Source: Candidatus Poseidoniaceae archaeon (GTDB taxonomy: Archaea > Thermoplasmatota > Poseidoniia > Poseidoniales > Poseidoniaceae). Taken from it: 64,000 nucleotides of DNA. Each line of letters begins with the position of its first letter. Position 1 is the first letter of the stretch. The stretch is taken from positions 6,534 to 70,533 of the forward strand of contig JASLKG010000004.1 in assembly GCA_030747695.1 (NCBI GenBank), written 5' to 3'. This document shows positions 36,443 through 45,339 of the stretch, piece after piece. The notes beneath the pieces are model-generated. The model saw only the letters and a list, made by a program, of their open reading frames with translations. It was not told where the DNA came from and did not search any database. Made by a program: the position numbers and the translations under genes.

Positions 36443-36751
36443 TTATCCCTCAAGAGATTGCTTGAGCTGTTCGTAAGTTGAAATCAGTTCCTTTTCCTTT
36501 TCAGTAACACTCGTTACAGCTATTTTCATTTGCTCAAGAGTCGATTCTAAATCCTCAAGTAATTGTTTACGATCATCTACTTCTACGAGAATAGTACCCA
36601 TTTGCCGATGTAGCGCTAGATCATTAGGTTGTGATTTTACAGCTTCAATAGTACCTTCAATTTCACGAATTTGTGCATTTAGTGCTGCAACCTGTTGACG
36701 AGCATTCTGAACTTCTGCGACAACCATTTGTAATTGTTGAGTCGATTCCAT
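36443..36751 (-). CDS. pfdB: Prefoldin beta subunit
   Basis: A 102-aa protein with two coiled-coil arms flanking a central hairpin (ALHRQMGTILVEVD). It sits in the conserved archaeal position. Confidence 0.75.
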   Translation of the reverse strand: MESTQQLQMVVAEVQNARQQVAALNAQIREIEGTIEAVKSQPNDLALHRQMGTILVEVDDRKQLLEDLESTLEQMKIAVTSVTEKEKELISTYEQLKQSLEG

Positions 36752-36766
36752 AAGTTACACATCCTT

Positions 36767-36982
36767 TCAATTTTTTACAACATCTATTACTTTGTTAGCA
36801 ATAACTAATGAACGCATTCTTGTATTCCAGATTGCCCTTGCATCTTTGGCACGCTTTTCATTAAAGACCATTTCAAAAGCAGAATCACTTATTGAAATCT
36901 CTTCTTCAGTAGATAGAGCAGAACCTATTGAGGGCGCTATGGGCGAATCCACCTTTAGGCGGATTGTCCACACTGTAATCAC
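36767..36982 (-). CDS. pcc1: KEOPS complex subunit Pcc1-like
   Basis: A 71-aa protein. AKDARAIWNTRMRSLVIANKVIDV resembles the Pcc1 C-terminal helix. It overlaps the rpl37ae stop by 4 nt. Confidence 0.6.
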   Translation of the reverse strand: MITVWTIRLKVDSPIAPSIGSALSTEEEISISDSAFEMVFNEKRAKDARAIWNTRMRSLVIANKVIDVVKN

Positions 36983-37344
36983 TCCTCTTCTTCAAGCTCG
37001 CCAGCAGTACGAGCACGCTCATACTCAATTGCAGCTTGCTGTGCAATAAACGCCATGTCAGCAGTTGTTGCACCATCGGTATTGCGCCTGATTATTCGAT
37101 TATTTGTATCAGATGCACGAGTGTAAGGTTCCCATGCTCCTCCGGCAAATGTGTGACCACATTTACCGCATCCCCATATTCCTACAGATTTACGAGAAAC
37201 CTTTGGATAGTGACAAACAGGGCACGTATATTTCGTTGCTTTTTTCTTCATGGCAATGCCAGCGTTACGTCGTACGCTGACACCATAACGTGCTCCGAAT
37301 CGGCCAGTTGCTCCTGCCTTGTGGGTTCGTTTTGCCATGTTCAA
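36979..37344 (-). CDS. rpl37ae: 50S ribosomal protein L37Ae (eL43) with a C-terminal extension
   Basis: KRTHKAGATGRFGARYG plus the zinc ribbon CPVC..CGKCG. The conserved core is followed by an extra tail of about 35 aa ending GELEEEE. Confidence 0.9.
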   Translation of the reverse strand: MNMAKRTHKAGATGRFGARYGVSVRRNAGIAMKKKATKYTCPVCHYPKVSRKSVGIWGCGKCGHTFAGGAWEPYTRASDTNNRIIRRNTDGATTADMAFIAQQAAIEYERARTAGELEEEE

Positions 37345-38126
37345 GCCTCCTGTGAGTTGACAAGTTCAGCAAGTTCAGCGCAGCGCTGCTGTGCGACCTG
37401 AAGAATCTCGTCGAATTCGGCCGGCGTGAAAGTTCCCTTTAACCCCTTCTGAAGAGAATGTAAGTGACCTTCATCACCAAGTGTTATGTGAATTCTCTCA
37501 TTTCCACCTAATTCTTCTTCATCATTTGCATCAAGAACATACCTTCCTCCAACTCGTGTAAAAGAGCACATTGTCGGTGTCATTGAAACTGCTAATGGGT
37601 AATCCTCGCCCACATCAAATCTCTCTGCAGGAACTATCGCTGTTCGAAGAGCAGCAATAGCTCCAAGTGCGCATGCATCGAATATATTTCCTTTATCAGA
37701 AAGTACATGTATGTCAATCATTATTCCCAGAACCTTTTCTCCAGGTATAATGCACAATGAGTCCATATCGATACATCCAGATTCACGGATCCCTCTATCG
37801 ACAACTCTTCCCAATTCTATAGATTCAGGTGAAGGAGGTCCAGGTTCGTATTTTCTTCCAGCGACCGGGCGTAATTCTGCACCACACATTAGTGATCCTT
37901 GAGCAGGTCTATCAGGCCATGGTGTACGAACTTCAAATTTAACTCCTGCATAAATTATTGTTTCTCCCCAAGTTACTTTTGCTGAACCTTCAGCATTATA
38001 GAGACAGTTTGTTTCTAATTTTATGTCACGGGATTCCCAACGACTTCTCCCATCGATTCTCTGATCATTTTCAGCTAAGCGCTTTAATTCCTGCTGCAAT
38101 AATTTTGGAACAAGTTCAACCATCAA
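37341..38126 (-). CDS. rrp42: Exosome complex subunit Rrp42
   Basis: RNase PH-like fold: RIDGRSRWESRDIKLE and NAEGSAKVTWGET. It overlaps its neighbours by 4 nt. Confidence 0.9.
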   Translation of the reverse strand: MMVELVPKLLQQELKRLAENDQRIDGRSRWESRDIKLETNCLYNAEGSAKVTWGETIIYAGVKFEVRTPWPDRPAQGSLMCGAELRPVAGRKYEPGPPSPESIELGRVVDRGIRESGCIDMDSLCIIPGEKVLGIMIDIHVLSDKGNIFDACALGAIAALRTAIVPAERFDVGEDYPLAVSMTPTMCSFTRVGGRYVLDANDEEELGGNERIHITLGDEGHLHSLQKGLKGTFTPAEFDEILQVAQQRCAELAELVNSQEA

Positions 38127-38863
38127 GATTCACCTCTCATTTTCTCTTCATATCGTCTTTTCAAGGCATCTTTTTGTAATTCATGAATTTCTTTGGCAGC
38201 TTTCATATTGTACTCTACGCATGTATTATACTCTTCAATCGAAAGGTCACCATCCATTTGGAGGAACGCTATTTCACCGGTTGTTGGTAAAATTCCCATT
38301 GGGAGGTCAGCTTGCCCATAATTGTCCTCTGCTTTATCCAAATCAAGGACCACTGTGTCCTCGATTTTACCAGCGGCTACTCCAACAATCAAATCACGCA
38401 TTGGTATACCAGCATCTGCTAGTGCAACTGCAGCAGCAGTAATTCCAACACATCGTGTTCCAGCTTCTGCTGCTAATATCTCAATTTCGACACGGATTTT
38501 AGAACGAGGGTATCTTTCGACTAGAACTACACTCTCAAGAGATTCTGCAGTAACTTTACTAATCTCTCTTGAACGACGATTATAACCTGGTCGAATTCGA
38601 TCACTTGTGGAAAATGGTGCCATGTTATACCTAACATCAATTACACAACGATCTTGTCTCTGTATTTTTCTTGGATGTGCTTCCATTGGGCCATATACTG
38701 CACATACTGCAACATTTAGGCCATGTTTTACCCATGCTGAACCATCTGCAGCAGGTAAAATCCCAGCCTCAATTTCAACTTCTCTCATCTCATCAACTTT
38801 ACGACCATCTAGCCTTAAGCCATCTTCGCGTAGTAGTTTGATATCACCATATCCTCCCATCAT
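38123..38863 (-). CDS. rrp41: Exosome complex exonuclease Rrp41 (RNase PH type)
   Basis: RLDGRKVDEMREVEIE, ADGSAWVKHG, the phosphate site RRSREI and TAAAVALADAGIP. Confidence 0.9.
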   Translation of the reverse strand: MMGGYGDIKLLREDGLRLDGRKVDEMREVEIEAGILPAADGSAWVKHGLNVAVCAVYGPMEAHPRKIQRQDRCVIDVRYNMAPFSTSDRIRPGYNRRSREISKVTAESLESVVLVERYPRSKIRVEIEILAAEAGTRCVGITAAAVALADAGIPMRDLIVGVAAGKIEDTVVLDLDKAEDNYGQADLPMGILPTTGEIAFLQMDGDLSIEEYNTCVEYNMKAAKEIHELQKDALKRRYEEKMRGES

Positions 38864-39579
38864 AAATTCCTCCTTGCGTCTTCAATAAATTCCACTAAAG
38901 TGGCTTTGAAATTTTCTTTGTGACCTTCATTACGAACAAAATCAATTATTTTTTTCATAACAGACAGGCCTTCTGAATCGCCATCAATCCATAATCTTCC
39001 GTTATCACCAACAATTATTCTGCAATCTGTAGCATCTTTTAACATATTGAGAGTAGAATCATTGTCTCCTCTTATTCTTGAAATATGAGTCATGGAAACC
39101 TCTAACATGAATCCCTCTTTGAGTCGTCTTAAACCTACGCCCTTCATAGTTAGAACTATGTTATGTGCTTCATCAACTTCTTGAACTCTTGCTAGCATAA
39201 CATCACCAATGTCCATTTGCTCCCTTGCGGCACCAAATTCGACCTTCCACGGGGCTAAACTCATTGGTAGTAAACCATTGAATGGACCGTTTACATCAGC
39301 AAACCATAGATTATTTCGTACGCTTTCAATTACACCAATTACTAGATCTCCAGACCTAGGCATATATGCTGAATTAATTGGATCAACAGATATAACTCCA
39401 TTGTTATTGTTAACCCATCCAACTTTAGTCGCAATAATAGCGTCACCATATGAAATTGTTCCAGTTCCTGCTCGTACTCCAGATGAGGTCTCTATTGCCT
39501 CTCCTGGAGTCACGAGGCGCAGCTCGGCGCCTGTACCCGCTCCTGACATTCTTCTTCTCCATTGCGGCCGACTCAGCAA
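38860..39579 (-). CDS. rrp4: Exosome complex RNA-binding subunit Rrp4 (S1 + KH)
   Basis: S1 region PRSGDLVIGVI and a KH-like region ISRIRGDNDSTLNMLKDATDCRIIVGDNG. The start may be the internal Met at 39549. Confidence 0.85.
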   Translation of the reverse strand: MLSRPQWRRRMSGAGTGAELRLVTPGEAIETSSGVRAGTGTISYGDAIIATKVGWVNNNNGVISVDPINSAYMPRSGDLVIGVIESVRNNLWFADVNGPFNGLLPMSLAPWKVEFGAAREQMDIGDVMLARVQEVDEAHNIVLTMKGVGLRRLKEGFMLEVSMTHISRIRGDNDSTLNMLKDATDCRIIVGDNGRLWIDGDSEGLSVMKKIIDFVRNEGHKENFKATLVEFIEDARRNL

Positions 39580-39607
39580 CCCATGATAAAACAGACGGAT
39601 AGAAAAA

Positions 39608-40294
39608 TTACAGTTCTTTTACTTCTGTTGAACTATTTATGCCCTTCATTTTACCGATAAGAGTTTGAACTTTTCCAGGCGGGCATTCTATGATACATGC
39701 CCAATCTCCATTGGACAACCACTCATCTTTATCCAAATATGCTCTAAGTAATTTGGAGGCAGCACCATAAGAAGAACCGGGAATTCTGAAAGCAACACGT
39801 ATTGGTTCAAATGATAGTGGTATAAGTGGTTTCAACATTTCTATTGCATCTTTAACTTGTACATCAACTCGCTTAAAAGGATCAACTGAAAAGCGACTTT
39901 CCTCCAGAGCTAACTCAATTCTAGTTCTTGGATGAGGTGTTTTTGCTTTCGGATCAATCGCATTTGAATGTATTTCGTGAATAATTTGTTGTCTTTTTTC
40001 TTCCACCAATCCCTTTCTTTGGTTTGTAGTCAATTGAATATTTCCCTTTTCAAGAATTTTCATTGAAATTTCTGTAATGTCATTTGTCTCGAAAGTATTC
40101 ATTATTGCTTCTTCAGTAGGACGATCTCCCCCTCTTGCATCATGCCACACTTCGTCAGTTGCTAGAAAATCATCGATATTTACGCTACTTGGGTCAGATT
40201 TGAACTGATTAACTAAATCTGGATCACAAAGAATTTCGTAACGCTTTCCACCATATTCCCAACGAGCTAGTATTGCTTCATCGAGACTTACCAT
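39608..40294 (-). CDS. sdo1: SBDS-family ribosome maturation protein (Sdo1)
   Basis: AILARWEYGGKRYEILCDPD and the overall three-domain length. Confidence 0.9.
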   Translation of the reverse strand: MVSLDEAILARWEYGGKRYEILCDPDLVNQFKSDPSSVNIDDFLATDEVWHDARGGDRPTEEAIMNTFETNDITEISMKILEKGNIQLTTNQRKGLVEEKRQQIIHEIHSNAIDPKAKTPHPRTRIELALEESRFSVDPFKRVDVQVKDAIEMLKPLIPLSFEPIRVAFRIPGSSYGAASKLLRAYLDKDEWLSNGDWACIIECPPGKVQTLIGKMKGINSSTEVKEL

Positions 40295-40302
40295 GGTTTA
40301 TT

Positions 40303-41025
40303 TCACTCCTCAAGTGGCTTCAAACGATCAATTTGCTTATTCACTTCACTTCGATCTAATACACGATATCCTTCATTATCGATGACTGAAACTTCCACAG
40401 CATCCCGATTCAACTCCTGATCATTTGCATTTCTCAAAGCCTCCAGTCCCAATTTCATTGCAGCATTAAGTGTCATACCTTTTTTCCAGTTACTTTCGAA
40501 ATACTCAATCACTGTATTTCTTCCACTACCAATAGCTCCAGCATGGTAAGATTGGTATGCTCCAGAAGGATCAGTTTCAAACAAATGAATTCCATTATCA
40601 TCAACACCACCTATTAGTAATGCAGTACCAAAGGGTCTAGATCCTCCATATTGAGTAAAAGATTGCTTAAAATCGCAAATTTTCTTTGTTAAGATTCCAA
40701 CAGGAACAGTAGCAGCATATGTTATTCGATTAATTTGAGCCTCAACTCTTGCCCTTGCAACTAATTGTCTTGCATCCGCAACCAATCCACTAGTTGCAAT
40801 GCCAACATGCCCATCAATCTTGAACATTTTTTCAATAGATTCAGGTATAATTAGACGGCTAGCAATACGTTTATCGCAAACCAAAACTACACCATCTCTG
40901 AATTTCAAACCAGCGGTTGTAGTACCCCTTTTTACGCTCTCTCTTGCATATTCAACTTGAAACAATCTACCATCTGGACTGAATGTGGTAATTCCGTGAT
41001 CATATCCTCTTCCGCTTGGCTGCAT
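40303..41025 (-). CDS. psmA: Proteasome alpha subunit
   Basis: YDHGITTFSPDGRLFQVEYA begins just after the Met at 41025. The track's 49-aa N-terminal extension is Cys/Leu-rich and overlaps the divergent gene, so it was trimmed. Confidence 0.9.
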   Translation of the reverse strand: MQPSGRGYDHGITTFSPDGRLFQVEYARESVKRGTTTAGLKFRDGVVLVCDKRIASRLIIPESIEKMFKIDGHVGIATSGLVADARQLVARARVEAQINRITYAATVPVGILTKKICDFKQSFTQYGGSRPFGTALLIGGVDDNGIHLFETDPSGAYQSYHAGAIGSGRNTVIEYFESNWKKGMTLNAAMKLGLEALRNANDQELNRDAVEVSVIDNEGYRVLDRSEVNKQIDRLKPLEE

Positions 41026-41087
41026 GGCGCCACCTCTAGTGGCTGTCCGGGTCGGGGTCTTATCAACCTTGGCGGTCTGGCATAACC

Positions 41088-41744
41088 ATGAGAGTAGCAG
41101 TTCTTTCCAGTGGAGGCAAGGACAGCACAATGGTTTGGTGGTGGGCATTATGCAATGGCTGGGATGTGTCATGTATTGTCACAGTGATCGTCGAAGGCGA
41201 TGATTCTATGATGTTCCAAATTCCAAGTACTTCATTGGTTGAGATTCAGACAGAATTGGCTGAAGTTGATTGGGTTAAAGTACCGACATCTGGTAGAGAG
41301 GATGAAGAAATTAATGATTTAGAAGTCGCTCTAAGAGAATTAGAAATTGACGGCATTGTTTCTGGTGCACTTCGGTCTGATTATCAAAAAACCAGACTGG
41401 AAAGAATGTGTGAAAGATTGAAAATTAAGTCTTTTACACCAATTTGGCATCAACCTGGTATACTACATATGCGTGGTCTAATTGATAGTGGATTCGATGT
41501 TATGATTTCAGCGATATCAGCAGATGGACTGACTGAAGAATGGTTGGGCCACGTTATCACTAATAACTCCTTGAAAAAACTGGAAACAATTGCAAAAAAA
41601 TTCCGATTTAATATCGATGGTGAGGGTGGAGAGTATGAGACATTTGTCGTCGGAGCGCCACATTTCTCAAAAATTATTGAATTGGAATTTGATAAAATAT
41701 GGGATGGCAAGCGTGGGCATATTGTAGTGAAAAACCAACAATAA
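41088..41744 (+). CDS. PP-loop ATP pyrophosphatase of the MJ0570 / Dph6 (diphthine-ammonia ligase) family
   Basis: MRVAVLSSGGKDST (PP-loop SGGKDS), GALRSDYQK and GEGGEYETFV. Confidence 0.8.
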   Translation: MRVAVLSSGGKDSTMVWWWALCNGWDVSCIVTVIVEGDDSMMFQIPSTSLVEIQTELAEVDWVKVPTSGREDEEINDLEVALRELEIDGIVSGALRSDYQKTRLERMCERLKIKSFTPIWHQPGILHMRGLIDSGFDVMISAISADGLTEEWLGHVITNNSLKKLETIAKKFRFNIDGEGGEYETFVVGAPHFSKIIELEFDKIWDGKRGHIVVKNQQ

Positions 41745-41771
41745 TCGATTAGGCGTACCCACGTAATATTC

Positions 41772-43148
41772 ATGACCTCTGCCCAAGGGGCTTACATCAT
41801 GGCATTCTGCCCGCTGGACTATAGATATGGCTGCCAAGACTTCAAAGAAATTTGGTCAGAGCTAGGTAGACATCAGAGACAGTTAGAAGTTGAAAGAGCA
41901 CTTGTATGGGCGCATATGCAGATGGGAAAAGTATCATCAGCAGATTATGAAAAAGTCGCAGAAATTGCAGTACATAGCGTGGTCACTAAGGAAAGAGTTT
42001 CTGAAATTGAAGCTGAAACTCGACATGACATCATGGCGTTGACAAAGGCAATGGCAGAAGCTGCTGGAGAAGCTGGCTGGTGTATACATCTGGGTGCAAC
42101 TTCTAACGATATTGTAGATACTGCTGTTGGTTTACAACTACGTGACTCCTTACTATTGTTACGAGAGCAATTATGTAATTTGATTTCTGTGACAGCAACA
42201 CTTGCTGAAAGAGAACGTGATACAGTAATGCTGGGAAGAACCCATGGTCAAGCTGCAGTTCCAATCACTTTTGGTCTGAAAGTTGCAGTCTGGTTGGATG
42301 AAATGAGAAGGCAATTGGTAAGACTTGATGAAGCAACTCCTAGAATTGCTGTAGGGAAGTTTCTAGGCGCTGTTGGTACAGGTGCTGCACAGGGTGATGG
42401 TGCTAGAGAATTACAACGATTAATTCTAACACATCTTGGTTTAGGGGTTCCATTAGCAACAACTCAAGTCGTGGGAAGAGATCGATATATTGAGTATGTG
42501 TCATGGTTAGCAAATGTGGCTTGTACGTGTGAAAAAGTACTCCAAGAAATTCGTAATTTACAACGTTCAGAAATAGCTGAAGCCGGAGAAGGTTTTGATG
42601 TAAAAAAGCAAGTCGGCTCCTCAACTATGGCTCATAAGAAGAATCCAATAAAATCTGAAAATGCATCGGGACTTGCCCGTATAGTGAGATCATTCATAAT
42701 TCCTACTTATGAGAATGCATTACTTTGGCATGAGCGTGATTTAGCAAATTCTAGCAGTGAAAGATTCACTTTATCACATGCATCTGCATTGTGTGAGGAT
42801 GTTATAGCAAAGACTGCAAATGTTCTAACTAATCTTTGGGTAGATGGCGACAAGATGCTGGAAAACATTGCAAGTCAGAAAGGACTAGTAATGGCTGAAA
42901 AGGTCATGATCGAGTTAGTTGGTCATGGAATAGGTAGAGACGAAGCACACGAAATTCTTCGTTCGGCTTCATTCGAGGCAATAGAAAATAAGGAAGAATT
43001 AATTGATATTTGTGCAAGAACTCCAGCAGTATCTGCAGCCTTTAGTGCTGAAGAATTAGAAGCAATGTTTGATCCTGCAAACCACATTGGAGTTTCAGGT
43101 GAAATCGTAGATGAAGCTGTTGCTTTGGCACGTAGTGCAATTAACTGA
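41772..43148 (+). CDS. purB: Adenylosuccinate lyase
   Basis: GATSNDIVDTA, TVMLGRTHGQAA and the signature loop GSSTMAHKKNP. Confidence 0.9.
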   Translation: MTSAQGAYIMAFCPLDYRYGCQDFKEIWSELGRHQRQLEVERALVWAHMQMGKVSSADYEKVAEIAVHSVVTKERVSEIEAETRHDIMALTKAMAEAAGEAGWCIHLGATSNDIVDTAVGLQLRDSLLLLREQLCNLISVTATLAERERDTVMLGRTHGQAAVPITFGLKVAVWLDEMRRQLVRLDEATPRIAVGKFLGAVGTGAAQGDGARELQRLILTHLGLGVPLATTQVVGRDRYIEYVSWLANVACTCEKVLQEIRNLQRSEIAEAGEGFDVKKQVGSSTMAHKKNPIKSENASGLARIVRSFIIPTYENALLWHERDLANSSSERFTLSHASALCEDVIAKTANVLTNLWVDGDKMLENIASQKGLVMAEKVMIELVGHGIGRDEAHEILRSASFEAIENKEELIDICARTPAVSAAFSAEELEAMFDPANHIGVSGEIVDEAVALARSAIN

Positions 43149-43150
43149 TA

Positions 43151-43579
43151 TCATTTTGATTCATCAGGCTGCATCATTGCAACCCGGATAAAAATTATCG
43201 ATAATATTGTAGAAATTATAAAGAAAATCCCGACGTACATTGAAATATTATACCATAGAATACCCACACCAATCAATGAAATATAGGCAATTAATTGACA
43301 AATTGCAGATGCTTTTCGAAGTCTTATCATCATCTCATCACTCAAACTACCCCTATTCTCTAATACGAATGTGTAAATCAAGAAATATATTCCTTGAAAG
43401 GGTAATGTTGAAGCGATAATTGCTAATGCGATTTCACGGATAAATTTTGGATTACTTTCCTGTTCAATTCCTTGGAAAAGCATAACTGCAGCATTTGTAC
43501 CTAATAATGCAGCCATTATTGCCCACCTTTTATCTTGCGATGAAGTGAGACTTTCAACATTGACCGAGTCATCAGACAT
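43151..43579 (-). CDS. Hypothetical 4-TM membrane protein
   Basis: Four hydrophobic helices. No recognisable motif. Confidence 0.5.
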   Translation of the reverse strand: MSDDSVNVESLTSSQDKRWAIMAALLGTNAAVMLFQGIEQESNPKFIREIALAIIASTLPFQGIYFLIYTFVLENRGSLSDEMMIRLRKASAICQLIAYISLIGVGILWYNISMYVGIFFIISTILSIIFIRVAMMQPDESK

Positions 43580-43633
43580 AATCGACGCTCAATGAGAAGG
43601 GGTTTGTAACTTGTGGACCAAACAACCCAAAAC

Positions 43634-43906
43634 TTAGCGTAAAAGAAGTAGCAATCCACCCGTCAGGGATGCAGTAATTATCAGCAAGATAATCATAGCT
43701 TGTGGGCCATATTCATTCGAATCGTCCATAGCAGTACGAAATAACCCATCACGAGTTAGTCCTTTGGCAAGTGAGCCAGCTTCATCAAACTCCGGTAATT
43801 GTCTACGTGGAATTCTTTCGCCTTTGCGTACTGACCCGGCCATAATATACCCAGGAGTTGCTGGGTCATATTGATTTGCATTAGGAAGTAAGATATCTAA
43901 AAACAT
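43634..43906 (-). CDS. Hypothetical small tail-anchored protein
   Basis: 90 aa with a single C-terminal TM, MIILLIITASLTGGLLLLL. Confidence 0.4.
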   Translation of the reverse strand: MFLDILLPNANQYDPATPGYIMAGSVRKGERIPRRQLPEFDEAGSLAKGLTRDGLFRTAMDDSNEYGPQAMIILLIITASLTGGLLLLLR

Positions 43907-43918
43907 CTACGATGTATT

Positions 43919-44470
43919 ATGCAGGAACCTTGCGTTGCGGATATGTCGATTGCAGATGAACATATTGTGGTAGATGAAAAGTCACAACTTTCTGCTGTGG
44001 CCGATAAACTCGCATTGCATCCTAAACATGCTATATTGGTAAAATCAAGAAAATCTTCAGAGATTCTTGGCGTGATTACTGCTAAGGATATTTTTGCAAA
44101 AATTTCCCAAGGTGTGAATGTTGGTAAGATGAAAGTATCGAAATTAATGCGAACTGAAATAATGACGTTATATGGTGATTTACCGTTGTCAAAAGGGCTT
44201 GATTTGATGTTGGAAAGACGCCCTGATGCGATAGTAGTTGTAGATTCACAGGACGAATATATGGGCTATTTTTCCCCGAGTGATTATCGTGATGCTACTA
44301 GAAAATTAGAGACTCATCAGCTAATGAGCGTTCGACTCAAAAGATCAAAAAAGGCAATTCAAGAGGTTGCAGAAGAAGAAGGAACTTCTGATCTATTAGA
44401 TCTATTACTTGGGGGTAATGAAGAAGATTCTAGTACTGTAGAAGTGCCTTCAATGATCAACCTTGAATAA
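43919..44470 (+). CDS. CBS-domain pair protein
   Basis: Two CBS units: ILVKSRKSSEILGVITAKDIF and IVVVDSQDEYMGYFSPSDY. The tail is acidic. Confidence 0.7.
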   Translation: MQEPCVADMSIADEHIVVDEKSQLSAVADKLALHPKHAILVKSRKSSEILGVITAKDIFAKISQGVNVGKMKVSKLMRTEIMTLYGDLPLSKGLDLMLERRPDAIVVVDSQDEYMGYFSPSDYRDATRKLETHQLMSVRLKRSKKAIQEVAEEEGTSDLLDLLLGGNEEDSSTVEVPSMINLE

Positions 44471-44505
44471 ACAAACTATTCAACCACCGCCAATGTGAAG
44501 GTTCT

Positions 44506-45075
44506 ATGCCGCTGTGGCTTCCTGACGTTGGAGCAGAATCGATACACTTAGTCGTAGAGGGTTCTTGTGGCGGGACAACGCTTGGCTTACAAATTTCAAA
44601 ACAAGTAATAGAAGAGGGTGGTCGTGTGCTTTGGGCATCACCTGAATTACCTGATGGAGTTAGATTTGGCCAGATATTTTCAGAACTTGATCCAGTATCT
44701 TCATCACGATATCACGCAATTAATCTCGTAGGAGAGATTAAACAATCACTTGAAAATATATTATCAATAGCAAAAATGTTACCGAATGTAAAATTGGTTG
44801 TAGTTGATGATTATTGTCCTGATACAGGTAGAATTCCATCAAATATTGTAAAAGCCATTAACAATTTTGTTGAAGCATCTGAATGGTGTACCATTTTTAT
44901 TTCTAAAGGTGGAGTTTCAATGGACGATAGGCCACTAATAGAACGTTCAGGTAAGAATTTGAATATTGGTGAAACGTGGTTATTGACCAGACCAGATACA
45001 GACAATAAACGTATAATTCATACAGGCGGCAAGGAAATTAAACTAACATTAGACGAAGATGGATACAAACTCTAA
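44506..45075 (+). CDS. RecA/KaiC-like fold protein with a degenerate Walker A (predicted pseudo-ATPase)
   Basis: VVEGSCGGTTLGLQI occupies the place of GxxGxGKT but has no Lys. A Walker-B-like KLVVVDD is retained. It follows the CBS gene by 35 nt. Confidence 0.5.
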   Translation: MPLWLPDVGAESIHLVVEGSCGGTTLGLQISKQVIEEGGRVLWASPELPDGVRFGQIFSELDPVSSSRYHAINLVGEIKQSLENILSIAKMLPNVKLVVVDDYCPDTGRIPSNIVKAINNFVEASEWCTIFISKGGVSMDDRPLIERSGKNLNIGETWLLTRPDTDNKRIIHTGGKEIKLTLDEDGYKL

Positions 45076-45339
45076 CTATTCATCTTCACCGAGTAGTGCT
45101 GCCATTTCTTCAAGAGCCTCTTCATCAGGCTCATCGAATTGCTCAGGGTTTTTTGCTGCTCCTTCTAAGACATCATCACCTGCAACTGCTGGAGCACTAT
45201 CGGCGCGTGCTCTTGCCAGATTAGCACGTCCTCTGTTTGTGACGTACCATATCATGCCAATTAGTGACAATCCAAGCAGAATGTAAACATAATGTTCAGT
45301 CTCCATGTTTACCCCCCAGAAAGATTTAGCCTTTACCAT
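45076..45339 (-). CDS. Hypothetical small single-TM protein with an acidic C-terminus
   Basis: TM YVYILLGLSLIGMIWYV, then the acidic tail DEPDEEALEEMAALLGEDE. The start overlaps the tiaS stop. Confidence 0.4.
   Translation of the reverse strand: MVKAKSFWGVNMETEHYVYILLGLSLIGMIWYVTNRGRANLARARADSAPAVAGDDVLEGAAKNPEQFDEPDEEALEEMAALLGEDE

Noticed and set aside
41026-41172. N-terminal extensions in the ORF track for psmA, glyS (56766..56927), tpt1 (24440..24589), rfcL (58601..58645), hbd, the HD hydrolase and others.
   Set aside because: The extensions start at alternative codons or overlap divergent genes, and they precede the point where family homology begins. The internal ATG starts were used instead.
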